Assembly: GCA_038061795.1 (NCBI GenBank)
Contig: JBBTYL010000002.1
Coordinates: forward strand, 13,193 to 77,192
DNA length: 64,000 nucleotides
Source of the DNA: Patescibacteria group bacterium
Lineage (GTDB): Bacteria; Patescibacteriota; Minisyncoccia; Phycocordibacterales; PALSA-1337
Direction of reading: 5' to 3'
Below, in pieces: positions 18,664-26,210 of this stretch. Position 1 is the stretch's first letter, and each line of letters opens with the position of its first letter. A program made the position numbers and the translations under genes. The notes beneath the pieces are model-generated. The model did no database searches and was not told where the DNA came from. It was given only the letters and a program-made list of their open reading frames with translations.

Positions 18664-19140
18664 CTATTTCTTAAATAATTGCTCAGCAGTATCAACAAGA
18701 TACACATCTCGAATTCCAGCTGCGATCATTTCGTCCCAGCAAGGCTTACAGCACCACCAGTGGCCATAAAGATAAAGATCTGCTCCTTTTGCGTTTCCGT
18801 TTTTGCTGACGGCATCTTTTGCCGCTCTCGTCTCGGCATGGTGTCGGCATGATGAACAGCCAGGACAGAGCCAGTATTTTTGGCCAGAAGGAATTTTTAA
18901 AAGTCTTCTAACACAAAAGCCTCTCTTATGAATCTCTATTAGTTTCTTATTTTTAAGTGCTGACTGATTCGCCCCCCTTCCAATGATCTTGCCGTCAAAT
19001 ACCGCAACCGCTCCCGTTGGGTGATAAAAATCAGTAGAAAAATTCTGCCTCATTTTCATAGCCTCAATCATAAAAGGATCTGAAATTGTAACGTATTTTA
19101 TAGTCCTTCTTTCTGGCAGATAGGGGTAACGATTGTTCAT
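18664..19140 (-). CDS. Zinc-dependent deoxycytidylate deaminase family protein
   Basis: GAV, G.N, C.R....IPSG...C, HAE and CCKPC zinc motifs. Confidence 0.8.
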   Translation of the reverse strand: MNNRYPYLPERRTIKYVTISDPFMIEAMKMRQNFSTDFYHPTGAVAVFDGKIIGRGANQSALKNKKLIEIHKRGFCVRRLLKIPSGQKYWLCPGCSSCRHHAETRAAKDAVSKNGNAKGADLYLYGHWWCCKPCWDEMIAAGIRDVYLVDTAEQLFKK

Positions 19141-19178
19141 TGGAGTATTGTAACAACATTATATATAATAAGCTCACA

Positions 19179-20036
19179 ATGACAAAGTTCGACCAAATAT
19201 ACCAAAATCTTGTACGCCAGATAATGACCAGAGGAGAAGAAGAGCTCAATAAAAGCAAGCAAGCTGACAGCGCACGACCAACCTACACAACAAAAGCAAT
19301 TCCTGGAATGCATTTTTCTATTGATATAGAAAAAGACGGTTTCCCCCTTCTAACATTAAGAAAAATACCAATCAAACTTTTTGTCTCAGAGCAGATTTGG
19401 TTTATCTCAGGTGCGCGAAAACCGGAAATATTTTTGCGCGACTATACGAAAATATGGGATTATTTTACGAATCCTGGCGATGTAGTAACCGTTGCTTACG
19501 GATACAGATGGAGAAAGCATTTTGGTAGAGACCAACTTGCACTCCTGATTGATCTCCTACAAAAAGAACCGAGCTCAAGACATGGCGTTGTCGTAACTTG
19601 GGATCCTGCGCAAGACGGTCTCTCACTAGTAAAAAGGAAAAATGTCCCTTGTCCTTACACCTTTACGGTCAACATAATCAACGGCAGGCTTCACCTGCAT
19701 AACATTGTAAGATCAAATGATATAATACTAGGCATGCCAGCGGACGTTGCTGGATTTGCTCTTCTCCAGTGTATTCTTGCTCAGAAGCTCAGAGTGAAAC
19801 CTGGGATCTATTCTCACTCAATTTCAAACGCACACATCTATGACAATCATTACGATGGTGCAAAGGAAATCTTAAGCAGGAATAATGAACATCCTACCAT
19901 CAGGCTCGAACTTCCAGAAAATGCTTTCGAACGAGCAGAGAAAATGGATAAGGATCTTGCTGATGCAATCATTGATAATCTTGCAAAGCAATATGATCCG
20001 CTTGAAGCAATATCAGGACTTAAAATAACTGTATAA
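19179..20036 (+). CDS. thyA: Thymidylate synthase family protein with Asp at the Asn177-equivalent position
   Basis: FPLLT.RK, AYGYRWR, DQL, catalytic PC, RSND-IILGMPA-D, AHIYDNH; ATG at 19179. Confidence 0.88.
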   Translation: MTKFDQIYQNLVRQIMTRGEEELNKSKQADSARPTYTTKAIPGMHFSIDIEKDGFPLLTLRKIPIKLFVSEQIWFISGARKPEIFLRDYTKIWDYFTNPGDVVTVAYGYRWRKHFGRDQLALLIDLLQKEPSSRHGVVVTWDPAQDGLSLVKRKNVPCPYTFTVNIINGRLHLHNIVRSNDIILGMPADVAGFALLQCILAQKLRVKPGIYSHSISNAHIYDNHYDGAKEILSRNNEHPTIRLELPENAFERAEKMDKDLADAIIDNLAKQYDPLEAISGLKITV

Positions 20037-20038
20037 CC

Positions 20039-20674
20039 ATGGCCGTCATAACAAAAAAACAAATACTCGAAAAGATAGCGTCTGGAGATATCTCATTCAA
20101 ACCGCAGATAGACAAATTCCAATTACAAGAGCATTCCGTTGACCTTCGTCTGGGATTCACTTTCATGATTCCAAAAATGTGGCATCTTACCCCTCGTGGA
20201 CGAGAATCGCTCGACATTACCCATTTTGACAAGAAAAATAATGAATTCTTTGAGGTTATTGAGTTGGAGCAGGGACAGTATTTTGATCTTCTACCAAACG
20301 AATATATCCTTGTCGCTACATTTGAAAGCATTAAACTTCCAACCGACATCATGGCAGTCCTTTACCCTAGATCATCAACAAACAGAAAAGGGATGTCGTT
20401 AGACCTTACAGGAATAATAGACGCTGGGTATGAGGGCCAATTGATCTTGCCAATAAGAAATAATACCCATTCCCAGACGGTGCGCCTATACCCTGGCGAG
20501 AGGCTTTGTCAGATTGTGTTTGAAGAGCTTACAGAAAAAGTTTCACCTGAGCGTACGAGCAAGTACCATAGCAAAGACATCATCGATGGCGTCGGATTGG
20601 AAAAAAAAGAAGAGGCTGAACTTATTCTAAATGGGCAAATAAAAGAATTAAAAGAAAAGTATAAAGTACTATGA
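20039..20674 (+). CDS. dcd: dCTP deaminase-like protein lacking the catalytic Glu
   Basis: SVDLRLG, E.IKLP, RSS..RKG, IDAGYEGQLILP, LYPGERLCQIVF, KY. Confidence 0.8.
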   Translation: MAVITKKQILEKIASGDISFKPQIDKFQLQEHSVDLRLGFTFMIPKMWHLTPRGRESLDITHFDKKNNEFFEVIELEQGQYFDLLPNEYILVATFESIKLPTDIMAVLYPRSSTNRKGMSLDLTGIIDAGYEGQLILPIRNNTHSQTVRLYPGERLCQIVFEELTEKVSPERTSKYHSKDIIDGVGLEKKEEAELILNGQIKELKEKYKVL

Positions 20675-21195
20675 TAAAAGCCTTCATCATCGCCGCGGTT
20701 ACTGCCGACGGATTCATCGCAAAAGACGCCCAGCACAGCCCTTTCAACTGGACCAGCAAGGCTGACAAGAAGCGCTTTATCGAACTCACAAAACGTGCAG
20801 GAGTCGTCGTGATGGGTTCTGCTACCTACAAAACCATCGGTACCCCTCTCAAGGAACGCACCAACATCGTCTATTCAAAAAGTCAGAAATTCGAGGGTGT
20901 CGAAGTCACGCAGGACAAGCCTCTTGATCTTCTCAAAAAACTCGAGGAGCGAGGCTTCAAGGAAGTCGCCATCTGCGGCGGATCGCAGATTTATGGAATG
21001 TTCATGAAGGCCGGAGTCGTAGATACGATTTACCTGACCATCGAGCCGCTTGTCTTCGGAAAAGGCATCAATCTCTTCAGCGAAGATTTGAGATATACGC
21101 TGAAATTGAAAAGCGCCCAGACTTCTGAAAGTACTGGTGCGCTTCTCTTGGAATATTCTGTTGATTATTCTGGAACTCCGAAACTTACGGATTAG
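20671..21195 (+). CDS. folA: Dihydrofolate reductase
   Basis: IAAVTADGFI, W...D...F, VVMG..TY, PL.ERTNIV, CGGSQIY. Confidence 0.85.
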   Translation: MIKAFIIAAVTADGFIAKDAQHSPFNWTSKADKKRFIELTKRAGVVVMGSATYKTIGTPLKERTNIVYSKSQKFEGVEVTQDKPLDLLKKLEERGFKEVAICGGSQIYGMFMKAGVVDTIYLTIEPLVFGKGINLFSEDLRYTLKLKSAQTSESTGALLLEYSVDYSGTPKLTD

Positions 21196-21198
21196 GAT

Positions 21199-21621
21199 TT
21201 ACTTCACATCAACCCCCATCGATCGGCAGGAGCCTTCGATGATCTTGATTGCCGCTTCGATAGTGCCTGCATTCAAGTCAGGCATTTTTCGTTCTGCAAT
21301 CTCTCGAACTTGAGCCTTTGTGATGGTACCAGCTCGCTTTACAGCGTGCTTGCCTGCTCCCTTCTCGATTCCTACCGCCTTCAGGATAAGCGAGCTTGCA
21401 GGAGGAGTCTTGAGCACGAAATCGTATGTTCGGTCATCATATACTGTGATAACGACTGGGATCATGTCTCCGATCATAGTCTTCGTGGCGTCGTTGAATT
21501 TCTTAGTAAAATCACCGATATTGACGCCAGCCTGACCTAGAGTTGGACCTAGCGGTGGCGCAGGAGTCGCCTTCCCAGCTGGAGCGATAACTTTTACTTT
21601 CTTGATTACTTTTTTAGCCAT
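21199..21621 (-). CDS. rplK: 50S ribosomal protein L11
   Basis: [26 protein letters not shown]. Confidence 0.98.
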   Translation of the reverse strand: MAKKVIKKVKVIAPAGKATPAPPLGPTLGQAGVNIGDFTKKFNDATKTMIGDMIPVVITVYDDRTYDFVLKTPPASSLILKAVGIEKGAGKHAVKRAGTITKAQVREIAERKMPDLNAGTIEAAIKIIEGSCRSMGVDVK

Positions 21622-21647
21622 TGTTTTTAGTGTTATTGGATGTTACC

Positions 21648-22193
21648 TTAAATCTTCTTAACTTGCAAGAAATCGAGCTCTACGGGCGTTTCTCGGCCGA
21701 ACATAGAGACAAGCACCTTAATCTTGCCTCGGCTATCATCGACTTCGCTCACCTTTCCTTCAAGATCCTTGAACGGTCCGTCGACAATCTTCACATTCTC
21801 ATCCTTTACAAGATCGATTGTGTGCTTGACCTCATCCTTATTCATTCGGGAGAATAGAGAATCAACCTCCTTCTTTTCCAATGGAACAGGAAACACTCCT
21901 GATCCGACGAATCCAGTGACTCGAGGCGTATTTCGAACGACATACCATGAATCGTCGGTAACCGTCATGTCAACGAGAACATAACCTGGGTAAATCTTCT
22001 CCTCTTCCTCCACTCTCTTCCCTCCCTTGATCTTAATCTTCTTTTCAGTCGGGACGAGAACATTGAAAATCCTGTCCTCCATTCCAAGTGATTCTATTCT
22101 CTGCTTGAGATTTCGAGCTACGGCATTCTCGTACCCAGCGTAGGTATGTATCGCGTACCAATTCCTTTCACCGCCGACTTGCTGTTTTGACAT
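21648..22193 (-). CDS. nusG: Transcription elongation factor NusG
   Basis: [44 protein letters not shown]. Confidence 0.98.
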   Translation of the reverse strand: MSKQQVGGERNWYAIHTYAGYENAVARNLKQRIESLGMEDRIFNVLVPTEKKIKIKGGKRVEEEEKIYPGYVLVDMTVTDDSWYVVRNTPRVTGFVGSGVFPVPLEKKEVDSLFSRMNKDEVKHTIDLVKDENVKIVDGPFKDLEGKVSEVDDSRGKIKVLVSMFGRETPVELDFLQVKKI

Positions 22194-22215
22194 AGTAATA
22201 TTTTAGATAAATTTA

Positions 22216-22392
22216 TTAAACGAAAAGCGTAAGAAGTCGTGAGAAGATATAATCGAAAAAACCAAGAAAGGCGGCGGTCGCGACAGAGACGATTACTACC
22301 GCGGCTGAAAACAGGACGGCCTGCTTTCTGCTCGGCCACGTCACATGAGACATTTCTGTCTTCGTATCCTTGATGTATTCTGTGATTTTCAT
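22216..22392 (-). CDS. secE: Preprotein translocase subunit SecE
   Basis: EMSHVTWPS plus TM helix; secE-nusG-rplK synteny; start at MKITEY. Confidence 0.93.
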   Translation of the reverse strand: MKITEYIKDTKTEMSHVTWPSRKQAVLFSAAVVIVSVATAAFLGFFDYIFSRLLTLFV

Positions 22393-22417
22393 AGTCTTTT
22401 GATTAGTTTCTGTATTA

Positions 22418-22468
22418 AAAAACCCCGAAGGGGGTAGTGGTTGAATACTACCTCTTTCGGAGTTTTTC
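22418..22468 (-). terminator. Long hairpin/terminator downstream of the SIMPL gene
   Basis: AAAAACCCCGAAGGGGGTAGT / ACTACCTCTTTCGGAGTTTTT imperfect inverted repeat with A/T tails. Confidence 0.55.
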
Positions 22469-22481
22469 GTCAAGCCGCTGA

Positions 22482-23270
22482 CTATCTGATCTCGTAAGTG
22501 ATAGACACCGTAGCCGTAACCTTCTGTTCGCCCTTTGGAATCTCTGGTGCTACTGAAGCCTTTACAGACATCATGTCGCCGCCCATCGCACCCTCGCGAG
22601 CGTAAGGATAATAGCCATCATCGCTTGAATCGTAGAAGCTTGTGATCTTAACAAGCTTTACGCCAAGATCCTTTGCGATCTTTTCAGCCTTTTCCTTTGC
22701 GTTCGCAATAGCTTCAGCGCGAGCTTCGGCTTTTACAGAATCAATATCGTCAATTGCGAATGAGAGGCCGTCGACTGTCTTTATTCCTGTCGCTCCAAGG
22801 GTATCGAACAACTCTCCTGCCTTTGCAAGGTCTCTGACCTTGACCTGAATAGCTTGATTCACATCATATCCATCAAGTACGGGCTTCCCAGACGGGCAAC
22901 CGTACTGCGTACAGACGCCTTGAGGATAATCATAGTGAGGAGCAATGGAATATGAAAGGGTCTTGATATCCTTCTCTGCAACCCCTCCTGTTCGTACAGC
23001 CGCAAGCGCCGCATTGATCTTATCTGCCGCCTTCGTCTGCGCCTCTTTAACCGTCTTCGCATTCTCGCTCACGCCAAATGAGAATGTCGCGATATCAGGA
23101 ATCGAAACGGCTTCGCCTTTTCCGTTCACTGAAATGCTGTTATAGATCGGGGTTTCCTTTCCGACATATTTTATTGAAATAAACTGCTTCACGATAAGCA
23201 CAGCAAGGAAAATTGCGAGCAATGTTCCTACCCACGCGCCGACTTTCCAAACCCTTTCTTGATAATTCAT
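22482..23270 (-). CDS. SIMPL (DUF541) domain protein
   Basis: N-terminal TM, ISVNGKGEA...PDIA.F.FGV, AR.EAI.NAKEKA..IA..LGVKL, V.ATVSITY. Confidence 0.9.
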   Translation of the reverse strand: MNYQERVWKVGAWVGTLLAIFLAVLIVKQFISIKYVGKETPIYNSISVNGKGEAVSIPDIATFSFGVSENAKTVKEAQTKAADKINAALAAVRTGGVAEKDIKTLSYSIAPHYDYPQGVCTQYGCPSGKPVLDGYDVNQAIQVKVRDLAKAGELFDTLGATGIKTVDGLSFAIDDIDSVKAEARAEAIANAKEKAEKIAKDLGVKLVKITSFYDSSDDGYYPYAREGAMGGDMMSVKASVAPEIPKGEQKVTATVSITYEIR

Positions 23271-23289
23271 ATTTTAAATTATTAAACTG

Positions 23290-24102
23290 TTAATCATTTT
23301 TATTACTATAACACGCGTCAATGAGGTTTTCAAAAAGAGCCAGAACCGTCATCTGCCCTACTCCGCCCGGAACCGGAGTGATCATTTGGACGGTATCCTT
23401 TACTTCATTAAAATCAACATCGCCAACCAATTTACCATCACTATGACGTGTGATTCCGACATCTATTACAACCTGCCCTACTTTGATGCATTCCTTCCCG
23501 ATAAAGTTCGGCTCGCCTATAGCGACAATCAAAACGTCGGCATTTCTGCATTTTTCGGGAATATTCTCTGTCTTGCTGTGGCAAACCGTCACGATTGCGC
23601 CTTCTTCCTGACACATCTTTGCGACAGGCTCGCCGACAAGCTTAGAACGGCCAAGCACAGTGACTTTTTTTCCAGTAAGACTGATTTTGTAAAATTCAAT
23701 GAGCTCTTTGATGCCACGGGCAGTTGCTGGAAGAAATTTCGTATCGCAGTTCAGCCCGTCAATATCCTTTTTGGGATCAATCAAATTAAGTACGGTTTCA
23801 GAATTAATTTGTGGCGGCAACGGGAGTTGAACAATAATTCCATGCACACTCTTATCTTCATTATATTTCTTTATTACTTCAATGAGTTCTTCCTGACCTA
23901 TTTTCTCATCAAAATTTACATGTATTTCTTTCACGCCAATCTTCTGCGCAAACAATTTCTTCGCTTTAATATATGAATCAGAATCCGTCCTGTTACCGAC
24001 CTGCAGTATTACTAGGCATGGGACAAAAGAAAGTTCCTTGATTCTTTTTTCAAGAAGAGATGAATAGTGTGCGCGAGCTGTCTTACCATCGAGAAGTATC
24101 AT
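23290..24102 (-). CDS. folD: Methylenetetrahydrofolate dehydrogenase/cyclohydrolase
   Basis: LDGK, Y...K, GIIVQLPLP, KDIDG, GRSKLVG.P, TPVPGGVG; start uncertain (24102 or 24111). Confidence 0.95.
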   Translation of the reverse strand: MILLDGKTARAHYSSLLEKRIKELSFVPCLVILQVGNRTDSDSYIKAKKLFAQKIGVKEIHVNFDEKIGQEELIEVIKKYNEDKSVHGIIVQLPLPPQINSETVLNLIDPKKDIDGLNCDTKFLPATARGIKELIEFYKISLTGKKVTVLGRSKLVGEPVAKMCQEEGAIVTVCHSKTENIPEKCRNADVLIVAIGEPNFIGKECIKVGQVVIDVGITRHSDGKLVGDVDFNEVKDTVQMITPVPGGVGQMTVLALFENLIDACYSNKND

Positions 24103-24114
24103 AGTAGGCAAAGA

Positions 24115-24774
24115 CTACCACGATTTTTCAGGAATTTCTAGGGCAACTGTCTTCTGTTCCCTGGTCGTCGCGGTCTCAAAAGAAAGTTCTGTGGCAGTCA
24201 GTGCAATCTTCTGGTCCAACAAGCGCACTGTCGATCCGTATTTGCTGTCCCCCACTATAGGATGACCCGTATGCGAAAGCTGCGCCCGAATCTGATGATG
24301 CCGTCCAGTTTTCAGAATTATTTTCAAGAGAGAAAAATCTCCTTCGGTTTTGATCAGCTCATATGAAAGTTCTGCACGGTCAGCTCCTTTTGTCTCTGTA
24401 TCAAAAACCCCAGCAAAATTCTGATTCTCATCATGCTTAAGGAAATTCACCAGAGTTCCGGCTTTTTCCTTTACGATTCCATGAACCCAGGCGTGGTAAA
24501 CCTTTTTAATCGTGTGATTGTGAAATTGTTCAGAAACGCGGGATGCGCCTTTGGAAGTCTTTGCGAAAAGTACTACGCCATCGACATTTCTATCAAGGCG
24601 ATGAATGAGTCCAAGAAAAACATTCCCAGGCTTCTGGTATTTGTTCTTGATGAAAGCTTTCACTTCATCAAGCAATGAACTATCTCCCGACTTATCGCCT
24701 TGCACGAGAATTCCCGCAGGCTTGTAGACTGCTATGAGGTGATTGTCTTCGTAGAGGACTTTTGGAGGTTGCAT
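24115..24774 (-). CDS. RluA-family RNA pseudouridine synthase
   Basis: KPAG, HRLDR, TGRHHQIRAQ, PIVGD.KY. Confidence 0.93.
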   Translation of the reverse strand: MQPPKVLYEDNHLIAVYKPAGILVQGDKSGDSSLLDEVKAFIKNKYQKPGNVFLGLIHRLDRNVDGVVLFAKTSKGASRVSEQFHNHTIKKVYHAWVHGIVKEKAGTLVNFLKHDENQNFAGVFDTETKGADRAELSYELIKTEGDFSLLKIILKTGRHHQIRAQLSHTGHPIVGDSKYGSTVRLLDQKIALTATELSFETATTREQKTVALEIPEKSW

Positions 24775-24914
24775 ATTATTTTATCAACTTACCATAGATT
24801 TTTCATAACTTCTATTCTGTGTTGAGGTGATTGATTTCATCTTTTTTGCAAAAAATTCATCGTTCCTTCATTTCGCTTTGTTAGGATAGTTAATGGATGA
24901 TTATTTTTTCCTGT

Positions 24915-24984
24915 GGGCCTGCTAAGTGGTTTAGAACCTCCTTTCGTCAGGGAAGGTTTGCGGGTTCGACTCCCGTCAGGTCCA
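24915..24984 (+). ncRNA. tRNA-like RNA 2 (G3.U70 acceptor; anti-SD-like sequence in the anticodon arm)
   Basis: Acceptor GGGCCTG/CAGGTCC-A, T arm GCGGG-TTCGACT-CCCGT, D-like CTAA-GTGGT-TTAG, arm AACCTCCTTTCGTCAGGGAAGGTT; flanks 24896-24914 and 24984-25002 extend the stem; upstream TG-T-TAGGAT (24879-24887). Confidence 0.72.
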
Positions 24985-25013
24985 CAGGGGTAAATAATTA
25001 TCTCGGATAAAAC

Positions 25014-25042
25014 TTGACTCAGAAAAATGAATTTGGTAGACT
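25014..25042 (+). promoter_or_regulatory. sigma70-type promoter of partner sRNA 2
   Basis: TTGACT-N17-TAGACT with TG extension. Confidence 0.75.
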
Positions 25043-25048
25043 TACCTT

Positions 25049-25119
25049 ACTGACGAAGGGAGGTAACCACGATGGTAAACTTTGCAAGAACCCGCATGAG
25101 AGTGCGGTTTTTTGTTTTT
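25049..25119 (+). ncRNA. Candidate partner sRNA 2, antisense to tRNA-like RNA 2
   Basis: 25050-25064 CTGACGAAGGGAGGT pairs with 24936-24950 (one G.U); 25065-25070 AACCAC pairs with 24926-24931; terminator CCGCAT-GAGA-GTGCGG-TTTTTT. Confidence 0.62.
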
Positions 25120-25316
25120 AAATAATTTTATTCGATTTTTAACTTTTTTTTGAGTTTATGAGTATTTCCATATTTTAAAAGTCCTTTATATGAACTTACT
25201 TGGCAATTATCGATAGCTATTTTAAAGCTTTTAACTATCCACCTTTTGGTAGACGTTCGCAGGACTCGATGATTTGGAAAGTGCAAATATATTTTACATT
25301 ATTTTTTTATAGAAAA

Positions 25317-25341
25317 CACCCGCAACATTGTGTTGCGGGTG
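25317..25341 (-). terminator. Perfect hairpin (terminator and/or DGR-type cruciform)
   Basis: CACCCGCAACA-CAA-TGTTGCGGGTG then TTTTC on the minus strand, 28 bp past the stop of 25370-26107. Confidence 0.6.
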
Positions 25342-25369
25342 GGTGTCAAAGAGACACAGTTTCCAAGTT

Positions 25370-26107
25370 TCAGTTGCGAAGGAAGAGCTGGCGGTCAGCA
25401 AACCACTCACGGTCGTATGCGAACCTGCTGACGTAGACGCGCCACCGACTGTCACCCCAGTGGACGCCGAGGACAAACACATTTCCCTTGTCGTCATGGG
25501 TGAAGAACAGATTGGCATAGCCATTGTCCAGTAAACCAACAGACTTGTCGCCCTTGTGGAACCGCAGGACAAGCTCCTCAACTTGCTTAGGGTTGTACGT
25601 CCTGCCAGTTTCGATGAGCTTCTTGCCAAGCACAGATAGGTCGTCTGAGGTTTCGTTCAGCACGCCCTGTGCCATGTGTCTAAACATCATATTTGCTCTC
25701 ACGAGCTTCATGACTTTCGTTTCACCGCCTTCAGTTGCCGGAAGACTTTTGGTCAGCCAGCGATCCAGATCGCCATCGCGATTGAAGACGTTCGCATCAG
25801 TGAAGCAGTCAGCGGTGTTGCATGCGACTACGGCAGGAGTTGCGATATTGATCGCTACGCAAGCCATAATGACAGCGACGATGCTGTGAACTTCCAACGC
25901 CAGGGCTTTCGCGTTCTTCGTCGGCTTTTCCCAGCAGGTTTCCCTGCGATTGAATCTGTTGAGTTCGCGGAGAACTTCTTCGCCGTTTTCACCGCAGATG
26001 ATATTTGTTTCCAGTTGAGTGATCGGTCCGCGAATTTTGCGGAGCGCTTGTTTGAGCATGGCATTCATGGTCAATTTTCTTTCATTCGGTAAGTAGAGAA
26101 ACATCAA
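25370..26107 (-). CDS. Hypothetical protein with DGR variable-region-like C-terminus
   Basis: 245-aa ORF (start may be 26068); ends V.V.W...W.V.V.R......W...RQLFLRN. Confidence 0.65.
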   Translation of the reverse strand: MMFLYLPNERKLTMNAMLKQALRKIRGPITQLETNIICGENGEEVLRELNRFNRRETCWEKPTKNAKALALEVHSIVAVIMACVAINIATPAVVACNTADCFTDANVFNRDGDLDRWLTKSLPATEGGETKVMKLVRANMMFRHMAQGVLNETSDDLSVLGKKLIETGRTYNPKQVEELVLRFHKGDKSVGLLDNGYANLFFTHDDKGNVFVLGVHWGDSRWRVYVSRFAYDREWFADRQLFLRN

Positions 26108-26210
26108 AGTAGCAATAGGCTAGGTTGAGGGTATTGTGTGCCCTTGTTTCAAATAGCTGTACCTGGGTTGTATTATACACCTTTTATGAGGGTATGTCAA
26201 TACCAAAATT

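Noticed and set aside
24915-24984. Complete tmRNA or standard permuted two-piece tmRNA
   Set aside because: Both acceptor strands are within 70 nt with no tag ORF or pseudoknots, CCA is not encoded, and copy 1 lacks G3.U70. Kept only as an analogy.
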